From assembly GCF_009914755.1 (NCBI RefSeq), contig NC_060934.1: 64,000 nt of DNA; one strand, written 5' to 3'. Source of the DNA: the human T2T-CHM13v2.0 reference genome, Homo sapiens. The notes beneath the pieces were generated by a model. It worked only from the letters and a program-made list of their open reading frames with translations, did not search any database and had not been told where the DNA came from. The position numbers and the translations under genes were made by a program. The first letter of the stretch is position 1; each line of letters starts with the position of its first letter. Positions 13,573 to 26,815 of the stretch are shown here, piece after piece.

Positions 13573-13857
13573 GTGAAAGTAACACTATTGGATTGCCTGT
13601 GGTGTGTACATTTATATAAAATCAGATATAGCCACAGATTGTGTTTAGGATGACATATGTTTTACGTAACATGTTTATTTGTATTAATGTTTTAGGTTTT
13701 TGCTTTCTTTTTAATCCTACTAATTGCCTAAGATGAGATGAAAGAAAATTCACCTATACAAGTGGTATTCTGCTCTTCTGGATCTGAAAACAGGGACTAA
13801 ACTGAGTAAAACTTATAAAGTAGTTTGTAGTTTATTTGACAGGGAGAAAAATTATAG

Positions 13858-13978
13858 AAACACACATGTATATAAAATGTGTGTATGTACACACATACAT
13901 GCTTACCAGATGAGCACATTATATGTTTATATACTTACTATATAGCTATATATGCATGTTATGTAATACATATATTAA
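13858..13978. repeat. degenerate (TA/CA/TG)n low-complexity tract
   Basis: ACACATGTATATAAAATGTGTGTATGTACACACATACAT...TATATAGCTATATATGCAT. Confidence 0.7.
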
Positions 13979-14140
13979 ACACTATCCCTTACTTTGTTGT
14001 ATAGATTTCTGCTTTGATTGGCTCACATTTAATAGACAATATCTCTTCTTAGTTTCAGATTTCGGTGCCATAGAACCAAGTAGCTTGGGTAGGAGGTAGT
14101 TCTTTGCAATTCCAAATCCTCATCCTTCAGCCTCTAACTA

Positions 14141-14372
14141 CAGTTGACTCTCAAACAACACAGGTTTAGGACTGCACAGATTCACCTACCTGAGGATTTT
14201 TTTCAACCAAATGAAGATCAAAAATTGAAATTCTCGGGATGCCAAACCCATGTATATGGAACACCAACTTTTCATATTCCATAGGGCCAACTGTGGGACT
14301 TGACTATGCGTGGATCTGTGTATACGCAGGGGGCCCTCAAGCCAATTCCCCTTGTCTATCAAGGGATGACTG
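14141..14372 (+). mobile_element. MER8 (TcMar-Tigger MITE)
   Basis: CAGTTGACTCTCAAACAACACAGGTTT...AAGGGATGACTG termini flanked by TA duplications; ~232 bp fits MER8. Confidence 0.85.
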
Positions 14373-14754
14373 TACTAAGTTGACCTAGAAAGTGTGATAT
14401 TTGAATTGTACCCTTGCCTCAGGCTTGATTTCCCTGCCTGTCACTTTGGGGTGAGCTGTCCAACATGGCAAGGTTTGTCTTCTAAATGGTTGCATCATCC
14501 ACAAAATCAGGAAACAGATTTATTTGTATCTGTTGTAGTTAGTGCTTTTGCCCGTGGGTTTCTGGTGGGAGGAGCGAGAACTAGGCAGCCTTTGTACCTG
14601 TGACTCAAAGGAAATAAGTCTAGCATTTTCCATTAGATGTTTATTGCTCACCGAGAATTGGCTTAGAAACCTGTATTGAGTTGTTACAAGGAATAAAGCT
14701 GAATGAGATCAGACTTTGGAGAAATCAGAGAAATGTAAATTAATATAAGAATAA

Positions 14755-15165
14755 ATGATCACCTTGTACCCATTAGGCTGGGATAATTGAAAAACCAGGT
14801 AATGGCAAACGTTAGTGGGATGTGGGGTTATAGGAACCCTCATGCCCTACTGGTAGAGTTACAGTAATTCTGGAGTACAGGCTGGCTTCATTGAGCTGAA
14901 TTAATATACTCATATCCTGTGCCCAGCAAGTCCACTCTAAGATAAATATCCCGATGAAATTCTTGCATAGGTCCATAAGGAAGTTCGTAGGAGGATTTTC
15001 ATTAATGTATTATTTGTAGTGGTAGAAAGTTGAAGCCAGCTTTGAGTTGAAGGAAATTCCAGGAGATTGGAAGGTAGAATGTGGTAGATGCCTTGGAGTA
15101 CTGAGCAACAATTAGAAGCAGGGATTCAGTGGATGCATGGCAACATGACCTAGATTGCATTGACT
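14755..15165 (+). mobile_element. L1ME-type 3' fragment
   Basis: ACCCATTAGGCTGG..AACCAGGTAATGGCAAACGTTAGTGGGATGTGGGG..GGAACCCTCAT..CCCAGCAAGTCCACTC. Confidence 0.7.
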
Positions 15166-15168
15166 ACA

Positions 15169-15633
15169 TGTGCTTGTTTCCTGTGCTTTTGATAAACTGA
15201 CATCTGGGGCTGGGCTAACCAGGGAAAGACTGTCCCTCCCAGGGCTAGCCAATTCTTAGAGATTGCAAATGACTCACTTAGAGGTGTGCCTTTGATATGC
15301 AAAGGAACAAATCCAGAGCCCCTGCTGTGAACCACTTCCTCTCTCTGGCTCCTACACTCTAGGAGACAGAATTCCTCTGCCCTAATCATCCCAGGACCAG
15401 TCAAGACAGCCAGTCCTACTTCTGCTTACCTTGCCTGGCCCATCTCGTCCCAGAACCACCACAGTCAAGACTTTACTGCCTCCTTCTGCCTTGTTGCCTA
15501 CCCAGATGCTTCCATGTGGGGCCCTGTGTAACATGGCATGCCCCCTCCTCTTGGGAACTAGAGTAAGCTATGTTTTCAATGGCAGTCATCCCCTGATCTG
15601 TTGGCCTCACCACACCTAAATAATTTTATAACA
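15169..15633 (+). mobile_element. MER74-type ERVL solo LTR
   Basis: GACATCTGGGGC..CCCTCCCAGGGCTAGCCAATTCTTAGAGAT..TTTGATATGCAAA..CAAATCCAGAGCCC..TGTTGGCCTCACCA. Confidence 0.75.
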
Positions 15634-15657
15634 TAGGTATAAAATAAAGTCACTTCA

Positions 15658-16064
<407 letters not shown>

Positions 16065-16290
16065 TTACTTAAATATGAAGCTTGGTGGTGAACCTCTCAG
16101 GGTACTTGAGCCTTTCTTTCTAGCAGAGGGCTTTGGGCTCCTGAGCAACATTCATGAACGGAGGAAGACTGTGTGGACAAGTGGCTAGGGAAAGGCACAA
16201 CAATTTGATGGAGAAGAAGCCATTAACTGAGATACCACCTCTTCCTTAGTATCCAAGGGACTTGGCTCAGTAGGAATATTATGTTTTTTC

Positions 16291-16624
16291 TTTTCTTTTC
16301 TTTTCTCTATTTATTTATTTATTTATTTGAGACGGAGTCTTGCTCTGTCACCCAGGCTGGAGTACAGTGGTGTGATCTTGGCTTACCACAACCTCTGCCT
16401 CCCGAGTTCAAGCAATTCTCCTGCCTCAGCCTCCCAGGTAGCTGGGGTTATGGGTATGTGCCACTGCGCCCAGCTAATTTTTTTTTTTTTTTTTTTTTTT
16501 TTTTTGTAGAGTCAGGGTTTTACCATGTTGGCCAGGCTGGTCTTGAACTCCTGACCTCAAGTAATCTGCCCACCTTGGCCTCCCAAAGTACTGGGAATAT
16601 AGGCGTGAGCCACTGTGCCCAGCC
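16291..16624 (-). mobile_element. AluS
   Basis: Reverse Alu with expanded middle T-tract; TSD ATATTATGTTTTTTC on both sides. Confidence 0.95.
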
Positions 16625-16649
16625 ATATTATGTTTTTTCAAACCAGAAA

Positions 16650-17060
16650 GATATTTGGTTCAAGTCACAGTTTTCAATCATTGTGACCTTTGGCAAGTCC
16701 TTTGAATTCTTTTGGTTCAGTTTTCTCGTTGGCAAATGCAGCTTTGAAACTTAACTTCATAGGTTTATGTTGAAGGTTAAAAATGATATATGTAAAGTAT
16801 CTGGCACTTAGTAGTAGGTTAGTAAAAATTAGCCACTGTTAAGACATTATTATCAAAATTATTAATATCTTCATTTGATCTTTTATGAGGACTAACAGTG
16901 AACCTATTCACAATTAGCCATGTGACTATAGAAGTGGCTTACTCAAGGTCACATTGCTCATTAATAGCAGGGGTGGGACTACAATTTACTTCTCTTAGGT
17001 CCTTGCTCAATGTCATCTTCATTACACTGGACCAAGGGTCCTTTTGCCTATTTCGTGACT
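16650..17060. mobile_element. two opposed MIR fragments
   Basis: Plus copy TGTGACCTTTGGCAAGTC..CTGGCACTTAGTAG (~16650-16850); minus copy AAGTGGCTTACTCAAGGTCACA (~16860-17030). Confidence 0.6.
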
Positions 17061-17560
17061 GAAGGAACTCAGCACAAGCTCTTTCAGTGGACTGAATGGA
17101 CCACTTCATTGCAGCACTGGAGAGAGATGCGGGATGGGATTCAGAGGGCCTGGGGTGCCACTGGGATTTTTGCTTCAGTTATACTCTGCATCCTTGTTAA
17201 TAACCTAGAGAAGGTTGTAAAGAATATGCTCATTATATCTGTATTTTCCCCTAAATGGAGAGGTATTACAAACCCCACCAATGACAGAGACGTGACATAA
17301 AGGGACCTGGAGCTGTCAGGCATATGGACAGGAAATCACTAGATGAGATTCAGCTGCAATAAATGCATCCTAATACATCTGGGGACAAATAATCCGAAAC
17401 ACAGATATTCAATGGGAGGAAGATATTTGGAAAGCAGTAAATGCTGAAGGGGACCTGGGGGATACTGGACAGCAAATTAGATGTGGGTTTTCATTGTGTT
17501 AGGCCAACAGAAATTGGTAATGCAATCTTGCGCTGTATTTTCCAGCAGTCCCCTGGAGCA
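17060..17560 (+). mobile_element. CR1/L3 LINE reverse-transcriptase fragment
   Basis: Translation ILVNNLEKVVKNMLI...DRDVT*RDL...MRFSCNKCILIHLGTNNPKHRYSMGGRYLESS then (shifted) ILDSKLDV..GNAILRCI matches the CR1 ORF2 pattern (FINDL..QRDL..MKFN..KCKVLHLG..N..H.Y..G...LESS..KDLG...DSKL..ANAILGCI). Confidence 0.85.
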
Positions 17561-19689
17561 GCTGGGAGGAGAAAGCCTCTTTCACCAGCCAAGATCAAGT
17601 CTGCTCGCCCCACACACTCCTGAAGAATGGCCTGGCTGGGGCTGGGGTGGAGGGAGGGGTCGCTTTACTTTCCCCTGGCCCCTACCTCACAGGGATGGTG
17701 ACTTTCCTTTCTCTAAGCCTTACCCTGACCCTGTGTCCTTGGAGAGTCGGTCTCTTTCCTGTCTCCCAGCGTCTTGCTGCAGAATGCTGTGGGATGTTGG
17801 TCTGCCTGGGACAGCCAAGGGAGGACAGTCCTGCCTGGAAAGTCCTGGTCTGCAGGGAAGACTTGGCCTCAGGTGTTTGTTTCCATGTAAGCTAAACATA
17901 GCCATCTTTTCTAGTGATCCTGGCTTCCTCCCCGCTCTCCCTCACACTCACACCCCCATCCTCTTCCTCATGAAGGATTTCACCTGCAGATAGCCTCTAT
18001 AGACAGAGGAATATTTGACAAAACACAAGCATCTGCCCCAGCAGCTGTTCCCAGCAATGGGGATCAGTCACCAACTCCTCCCACCTCCTCCTTCTCATGC
18101 TTCACTCTTCTGCACCACCCCCCGCCCAATTTTATAGTCTTCTCAAGTTTAAAGACTTCCCTTGACATGCATAAAACCAAATTTCTCTTCTGGGGACCAG
18201 TGAACACATATTCTGATTTTTTTCTAGTTCCTCGCCTTACCCCATTCTCAGGAAAGCCCAGTTACTTCGTGAGTTCAGAGCACTTCCTTGCTGGGGCGCC
18301 TGCTAAGTGGGGTGAGTTTCACTGGAGCACCCCTCCCAACTTTTGGGAAAGAGTTCACTCTCACCAACCCATACTTTCTGCCTTTCCTTCTCTGGGATTG
18401 TCTTACCTCTGGAAATCCTTCAGGGACTTCTAGGGAATGGCTATGTCAATGGGGCTGGTAAAAAGCAGCTGTGGGCTGGTAAATGTCAGAAGCTGTTTGC
18501 AAGGCTGGGAAAATTCACTGTTTATTTCTTCAACAAGCCCTAGTTTCCTCCACTGAGAATGTTCTTCATCAAACTCATCATTCAGGTTTGTATTCAGAGC
18601 AGTTTAGCTTAGGCATGCAATTGTCAGTCAACACTCGTAAGTAAGTGGCCAAGTTTAAAGTTACTCTTTGAATATTTCTATACACTCTATTCAGTAAGTG
18701 TTCACCAAGTCCCTTCTCTGTGGCTACCACACAGCTAAATACTCATGTGTATATGTGTGGGAGAGAGAGCGTTTTACTCTCGTGGAGGGGCCCGAATGAA
18801 AAAGGCATCACCGTGGAAGAACTTGAGCTTTCAGTCCTGATAGGTCATGGATATAAATGGATGGCAGCTGCTAGCACAGTGATTTATGAGTGATGCTCCC
18901 AGCCAAAGGAAGTCAGGCACATTCTAGAACTGCAGACCGCTGTGTACAGGGCATCTCAGTATATTTAGCAAAATGAGATTGCAAACCACAGAAAAAAAGG
19001 CTGAGTGGGTGGAGAGGAAGAACATTCTCTGGCCAGAAACTTGCTGAACTTTGAGGCCAGGGACCGGAGGCTTTGCAGAGGTGGGGAGAGACGTTCTTTG
19101 GCTTGTCCGACAGAAATAAATCACCACTGAGGAGATATACCAAAGGCCAATTATATGGAGTGTTTTCTTGGAAAATCATCTCCCAGACAGGCCCTGTAAA
19201 TCATCCCCAGCATTGGCAGACATTCAGATCTGCCTGGTGGGGCGGGTGGCATGCCAGTGCACCCCAGTGTCAGGTAGAGGAATTACACAGGGGTAGTCTC
19301 GTTGTAGCAGGGAAAACAGAGGTCAGGTACTAGCTGTCTTCATCCGAGGAAGCAGTGTAGGGCAGAACTGTTTGTTCTGTCCTAGGAATTGTAGGGCCAA
19401 GGCTTTTGACCAGGTTTTGCCACTTACTTGTTCTGCGACTTTCAGATTCTCTACAAACAGAGTGGGGACTGGGTTATCTCTGAGGTTCCTAGAAGCCCTG
19501 ACATTAATTTTATGCCTTTGTGTTCTCTATAACTTCTGCATAGCGTAAGCTTTTGCATACCACACCCTATGCTGGTAATTATCCCAAGAGAGACAAAAAT
19601 TTCCATCTACCCAGCAAGGTTAGTCATACAGGATCATCTTGGGAGGGTGATTGGGGTCCCTCAAAGCCAGGTCCTCAGTGTAGCTGTAG

Positions 19690-20370
<681 letters not shown>

Positions 20371-20779
20371 GCTCCTTTCTGCTCTATCTGTAACCATCTT
20401 CTGTCCCTGGAATGAGCTGAGTGAGGAATGCTCTCCCTCCTCTCCTCAAAGTATCTTCCTTGTCCCAGCAAAGCTTCATTCTTCCTATTGAGGAGGGGTT
20501 CATTTATCTCTAGGAGAGTTATCTTAAAATTTGTCTACTTTTTGGAGAAAATATATATTGAGACTTTGAGGGTGGGAATTTAATTGGTTGCCAATAAACA
20601 GGAAGGCCCCAAGGGAAAGAAATGAGAATTAGAAACTGACTCACAATATCTGGATGGGAAGCCAGGCAGGAGGGAAACTCAGGCTCTCGAAAGGGAAATC
20701 TGTTGGGCACCCAGCTTACTTCTTAATTACCTTTTTTGTTAATGGCCAGCCCATTCCTTATGGGTTTGTTGTTGGTGGG

Positions 20780-21055
20780 TTTACTTAAACCTTTTTGAAA
20801 TATATTGGTTATTTTAGCTTGTACTGATTCTGGAGGCAATGAATCCACAAAGTTAATAAAATAATTCTTCCATCATCTTAAAATTATTTCTTCATTCAAG
20901 CTTCAAGATTTCCTTCTTCTTCCCATATTCTAGAATGAACAATTGTTTTTTCTTTATTTATCTTCTTTGTGATTCTATTGATTCTGTTGGGATCCCTTCT
21001 CAGTCTTTGACTTTCTTTCTAGACAAAGCCCTCCTAACTGTTCTCATTAGTTTGA
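20780..21055 (-). mobile_element. CR1-family LINE 3' fragment
   Basis: Reverse strand reads TTAGGAGGGCTTTGTCTAGAAAG..AGACTGAGAAGGGAT, like the CR1 LGLFSLEKRRLRGD region. Confidence 0.5.
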
Positions 21056-21079
21056 GTATGACAATTCTGTCCGTGTGAT

Positions 21080-21425
21080 TAATTCAACACACACCTAACA
21101 TTTATTAAGTTCCTACTCTATGGAAGTCGTTGAGCGAGACACTGAGGCTAGAGGTGAAAAAGACACTTTTCTTGCCATTCTTTATACAGGATTGTAGCAG
21201 AACCAAATTAGTTGTAATGAATAGAGTGCTATGATACATGATGCAAACACTGGCCATTGTTCATGAGGTCACTTTCATCTACCTCCTGTGACAGATGAAA
21301 TCACTGAGACTCTGAGAATTTCAGTGAATCACTCAAGTTCCTACAGCTGGTAAATGGCAGAGCTGGGGTCTGAATCCAGGGCTGTCTGACTCCAAAGCCT
21401 GCATCCTTTCCACTGTGCAACACTT
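21080..21425 (-). mobile_element. L2 3' fragment followed by MIR
   Basis: AACATTTATTAAGTTCCTACT (L2 tail); ACAGATGAAATCACTGAG..GCTGGTAAATGGCAGAGCTGGGGTCTGAATCCAGGGCTGTCTGACTCCAAAGCC (MIR). Confidence 0.7.
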
Positions 21426-22496
21426 CCCTTTGTTTGATTGTCGATGGAAATACAGAGAAACATGTGACTTAAGAATGAGTTGGGGAACTTAATTGCACTG
21501 GTGAAAAATGAAGACATTTTATAATAAAACACATAGGAAGATGAAGTAGAAAGTTTACCAGTGTCCTGGGATGCTCCGCAACCACTTTGAGGAGAATCTG
21601 AGCTCTTGGTATGCAGGCTCGGAATCATGGCTCTGTCTGGCGTTGGACATAAAATGGTAGACTTGATGCAGACTCCAGCTCAGTCATCCTTGTCTGTTAT
21701 GCTTGGAGGCGACAGCTCTGCATGAACCCATTAACTCAGAGAGATTTCGGCAGAGCCTTTCCCTTCCCTGACCACTGGGCACGAGTGCACCACTCTGCTC
21801 TGAGCTGATCAGCTTTCCATATGCACGGAACAACCACAGCCTCCCTCCCCATCTTTCATCACCTAAATAAGGGCAGTTAATGTTTAAGAGTAGAGAATAG
21901 GGAACATAATGATGGATAAATTATAAGTTTGGGGATATGAAAAGTCAAACTGTGTAAATATGTATTTTAAACCACAAACAGAATGTTAATGCATCTTTCC
22001 CATTAACTCACTAACTGAAATTACAGAGTGTAACGTGAGCCAACGCCCACGGGTTGGTTATGATGTTTTCAGATTTAGAACAGCAAATGATAAATGCCCT
22101 TCTCTCAGACAAAGAAGCGATTGACACAGCTTTTCAATGTAGTCACTGGCAATGTCAGCAGTGGAAAATAAACTGAGCACCAGGAGGAGAGACGTCCTGA
22201 GATACCTGCGGAAAGTGGAGTGTGGGCTACTGTTAAGCACCTCCTGTATATGGGGGAATGTCTCAGGGGTCGGTGCAGCCCCTCCGAGCAGTGAGGACCC
22301 AGGCGCCATTGCCTGGACTGCCTTTCTGGATTAGAGGGAAGGCTTGTTTTCTCAAGCATCAGCTCTATCTTGCTCTGGGTTGGTGGGCAGCTGCCGTGAA
22401 GCCAGTTTCACTGTGGCTAGGTTTGGGTTGGGGATGTGTGGTTTTTGCATCAGCCATTTCATTGTTTGGTTGCTTATGGGCAGCAGTGTAAAAGAG

Positions 22497-23120
22497 AGGT
22501 TAAGAGGATGTGGAGAAATTAGAACCCTCGTGTGCTGTTGGTGGGAATGCAAAATGCTATGGAATAGTATGGTGGTTCCTCAAAAAAATTAAAAGTAGAA
22601 TTACTGTACTATATGATCCGGCAATTCTGCTTCTGAGTGTATACCCCAAAGAGTTGAAAGCAGAGTCTCTAAGAGATATTTGAACACCCATGTTCGTAGC
22701 AGCATTATTCACAATAGCCAAAAGGTGGAAACAAAGGAACTATTGACAGATGAATGGAGAAACAACATGTGGTCAGTATATTCAGTGGAATATTATTCAG
22801 CCCTAAAAATGAAGGCACTTCTGACACATGCTACAACATGGATGAAACTTGAAGCCATTGTGCTAAGTGAAATAAAACACTCACAAAAAGACAAATATGA
22901 TTCTACTTATATTCAGAGAGACAGTAGAAGAGGGGTCGTGAGGGGCTGGGAAGAGAAGGAAATGGGGAGTTATTGTTTCACATGTACAGAGTTTTGGTTT
23001 TGGAAGAGGAAGAGTTCTGGAGACTGTACCACAATGTGAATGTATTTAACACTACTGAGCTATATATTTAGAAATGGTTAAGATGGTAAATTTTGTGTTA
23101 TGTGTATTTTACCACATATA
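22497..23120 (+). mobile_element. L1MB-type 3' end
   Basis: GAGGATGTGGAGAAATTAGAACCC..GCAGCATTATTCACAATAGCCAAAAGGTGGAAAC..CATGCTACAACATGGATGAAACTTGAA..AATGGTTAAGATGGTAAATTTT. Confidence 0.9.
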
Positions 23121-23149
23121 ATATTACTGCATCTTTGTAAGAGAAGGAG

Positions 23150-23312
23150 AAGGAATCCAGCTTTAGGGACTTGGGTAGATTCACTGCTGCTGTTTACTTG
23201 CTGTATGACTTTGAACAAATTAGTAAACACTGTAAGCCTGCTCTTCTCAACTGTGAAATAATATCTGCTGTAAGGGTTGTAAAATAGCGAGTACTCAATA
23301 AATGTCAGCATC
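23150..23312 (+). mobile_element. MIR SINE
   Basis: TTACTTGCTGTATGACTTTGAACAAATTA..TACTCAATAAATG. Confidence 0.6.
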
Positions 23313-23383
23313 CCTCACTTTGGTGTTTCAGAAATCCTCTCTTATGCCCACCCCAAACTGTTCTCCTGAAATAAACATGGTGG

Positions 23384-23386
<3 letters not shown>

Positions 23387-23415
<29 letters not shown>

Positions 23416-23423
23416 CTGTGTGT
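23387..23423. repeat. (TG)n microsatellite
   Basis: Long TG run with one TC interruption. Confidence 0.95.
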
Positions 23424-23794
23424 AAAATCTTTGTATACATGGTAAGTTATGCATGGACTTCTTTCTGGGCTGAAGTTTGGCTCTATTAACGTTTCTTCAC
23501 AAAGATGGATTCCTTCCCTTTGATACCATCTCTGCACTTTGTCCAGTTCCCCTGCATGTCTTTAATTGAAGGATCAGAAAGTAAATGGGGTATCCTGGAG
23601 AGACTGCAGCCTGGGCATTGTATACCTCACTTCTTGTTAGCCTGGTGGTCCTCATGGCCCTTGGGCAGCTCACTCATAGTCACTTGGGGGTGCTCAGTCT
23701 TTCTCATCCCACCCCAGGATCTGCCTCCCTGGTGCTTCCTCCCTGCCATGCATCCCCCTCCCACCAACTCCCTTCATCCCCAAACTCCCACCCC

Positions 23795-24075
23795 TTCTTT
23801 TAGAGGTAGAGTCTCTCTTTGTTGCCCAGGCTAGAGTACAGTGGTGATCATGGTTCATTGTAACCTCAAACTCCTGGGCTCAGTTGATCCTCCTGCCTCA
23901 GCCTCCTGAGTAGCTGGGACTACAGGTGTGTGCCACCACATCTGGGTGATTTAAAAAAAAAATTTTTTTTGTATAGATGGGGTCTATGTTGCCCAAGTTG
24001 GTCTTGAACTCCTGGCCTCAAGGATCCTGGTGCCTTGGCCTTTCAAAGTGTTGGGATTACAGATGTGAGCCACCA
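23795..24075 (-). mobile_element. AluJ
   Basis: Reverse Alu with CTCCTGGGCTCA..GATCCTCCTGCCTCAGCC. Confidence 0.9.
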
Positions 24076-24580
24076 ATATCCCCCTTTCACTGGCTTTTGA
24101 CACTTTCTTGGCCTCTTTTGGCCCTGAGCCAAGTAACCCTAGGGCATATTTCAGGAGGAGGTTGTTGGCATTTCTGAAGCCTGTGGGACAATTTGGCTGT
24201 ATGCAAATGGTTGAGGGTCATTTTCCCCTGAAGGTTAAATGGTGACCCTGGTCAATGTTTAGCTAGTGTGCACTTAAATGATTTCCCCTAGTTAATGAAT
24301 CATAGGACAAATTAGCTGAGGACTTTCGCACCCTGCAGGTAAGCTGGGGTGGTAAGAACTGGTAATACTGAAATTGTGTTGAGTTATGTAGGCTATGCAG
24401 TGCAGGATCTGCTTAGCACAGCTTTCCGGTGCTTAGATCCTAATTACAAATGTAAATTGAGGGCTGCAACTGTTGGAGAGCCACCAAATGATGACCTGGA
24501 TATACTTATTTCTGAGCCTGCTCAAACATCCCTCCTCTTCACCTTAGGAAGCCCTATATCCAATCTCTCTTCCTCTATCC

Positions 24581-25120
24581 CTGTCATTCCCAAATTGTGT
24601 GCTGAGACTCCCCAGAGTGCTGCAGCAGACTCACAGGGATGATACGGGATATTTTAAATGTTTGAAGGCAATACAACCACATGCAACATCTGACAGACGC
24701 TATGTGAATTACCAGCTCAGGTGTTTCACAGTTTCATCATTAGATCATGCTACAATTCTTTGGATAATACTGTATCTTTGCAAAGTTGCATAATTTTTTT
24801 CGGTAGTTGCTGTGATTAAAAGCAAGTGTGTATGGAATAGGAAATGTGGATGGCAGTGCCTAATATGTACAATTCCAATATTAAGGAAGTTGTGCAGGGC
24901 CCAATAGGTACACACATCCCTTTAGTAAACAAGTGTGAACCTTGAAGAATGAAATAAAAATGTTTCCTTTCAATTTATGCATTTTTTTATCAAATGGCTA
25001 TTGAGTTATTAGGACATAAATACTTATTAAGTTGTTCCATAAAATGGAACTCAGGTATTTCTTTTGGTCCGTGGGCTCTCCCTGGAAAACATTACTGAGA
25101 CCGTTAGGGCACCATGAACT
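24581..25120 (+). mobile_element. hAT-Charlie DNA transposon (MER119-like)
   Basis: C.GTCATTCCCAAATTGTGTGCTGAG..GCTGCAGCAGACTCACAGGG..GGGATATTTTAAAT; 3' end ACATTACTGAGACCGTTAGGGCACCATGAAC. Confidence 0.6.
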
Positions 25121-25136
25121 AAGTTGGAGAGTTATT

Positions 25137-25439
<303 letters not shown>

Positions 25440-25479
25440 TAGTCAAAAAAAAAAAAAAGAAAGGATCTTCCCCTCCTTA

Positions 25480-26170
25480 CCTTCATCAGACCTCCCACTG
25501 TGAACTCTCCCTTCTGAACAAACTCACTGTGTCCCTTATATCTCTCTTTCTTCACCATTAGCTCCTTCTCCCACCTGAAAGATGAAGTTTCATTGATCCT
25601 TTAAAAATAAAAGAAAGAAAATCAAGCCTTGTCGAATGTTGTTACCATCTCCTCTTCCATTCTCCTTTCCTTCTCCTCCTCCTTCTCCTCCATCTTTCCC
25701 TTTCCTTCATTGCCCGACTTAAGAACAGTCTTGTCCCGATTCCTTTACTGCTCATATCATATCCACATTGCTAAAACCTTGTCTGGCTTTGTCCCCTGCT
25801 GCTGCCTTTATGTGGCCCTCACCAGGGTCACTGACAAGTTCCAAATAACCAACCCAACGCCACTCATATATCTGCATCATAGTCACAATAAGCTGAGGTC
25901 TCACGTTCCCCCACCTGATATTTTGGCTTCTGCTGGTTCCTGTGTCTAGAACATCTGCAGCTGTGTTACCTTCTCATTAATAACAGTGGTGTTGATAGCT
26001 CATCTTGAGTTTCCTTCTCCCATAGAGCCTCTGGGGACCTCAATACCCCCTTACCACGCTATCCGCCAAAATGCTCAGAGGTATTTGAAGCCACAGGCTG
26101 TACCACACAGTTTTGTGTCCTCTGTAGTACTTTCACACACAGTAGGAAGGTAGTAAATATGGGTTTGAAA
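25480..26170 (+). mobile_element. L2 fragments
   Basis: Pyrimidine-rich L2-like text (GTCTGGCTTTGTCCCC..CACCAGGGTCACTGAC..) ending ACACAGTAGGAAGGTAGTAAATA. Confidence 0.5.
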
Positions 26171-26685
26171 GGAGCAGCACTGTTCAGAATAGGTGGTCCA
26201 GACTTTGGTCTCCCAGGAACCCCTGCTAACATATGCTGAAAGGACCTATAGGTATGATGAGGTTGGCTTCTGAGATGGAACGATAGACTCCAAATCTTTC
26301 TCTCAACTTACCAAATAGAGACCTTTCTTTCTCATTATATAAGTAATGCATGTGTACTGTAGATAAGTTAGAAAATGAATACCAAGGAAAGGAATAAAGC
26401 TTATATTTAGAAATAACAACTACTTATACTTGTATTTTTATATATTAACTGTTAGAATTTTATTTCCGTATATGTGAAAGATATATATTTATGAAGTATA
26501 AATAGGATTATATTTTACTTGTTTCTTTATGATCTCCTTTTGTTGCTTAGGAACACTACATATGGTGAAATAGAATAGATGAATTTAATAAAAGTTACAT
26601 AGTATTTTATATTACACTATTGCTCATTATTATTTTTAATTTTGAAAATATATATTACATCATTATTCCAGGAAATTATCTATAT

Positions 26686-26815
26686 CAGTACTACTCAAAG
26701 GTGTCCATGGACTGGTGCCAGTATGAAAATTAATACAGGTCCATGATATAAGTACAGGAATTACGAGTAAGCCTTCAGAAACTTTTAAAGGAAAGTAACA
26801 TTCCCATATCTGGTA
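26686..26815 (+). mobile_element. hAT-Charlie terminal fragment
   Basis: CAGTACTACTCAAAG..TCCATGGACTGGTGCCAGT..ATAAGTACAGGAATT resembles a Charlie/MER5-group terminus. Confidence 0.5.

Noticed and set aside
22058-22178. Possible C/D-box snoRNA (ATGATG ... CTGA)
   Set aside because: Box C is imperfect (ATGATGT), there is no terminal stem and no recognisable rRNA guide
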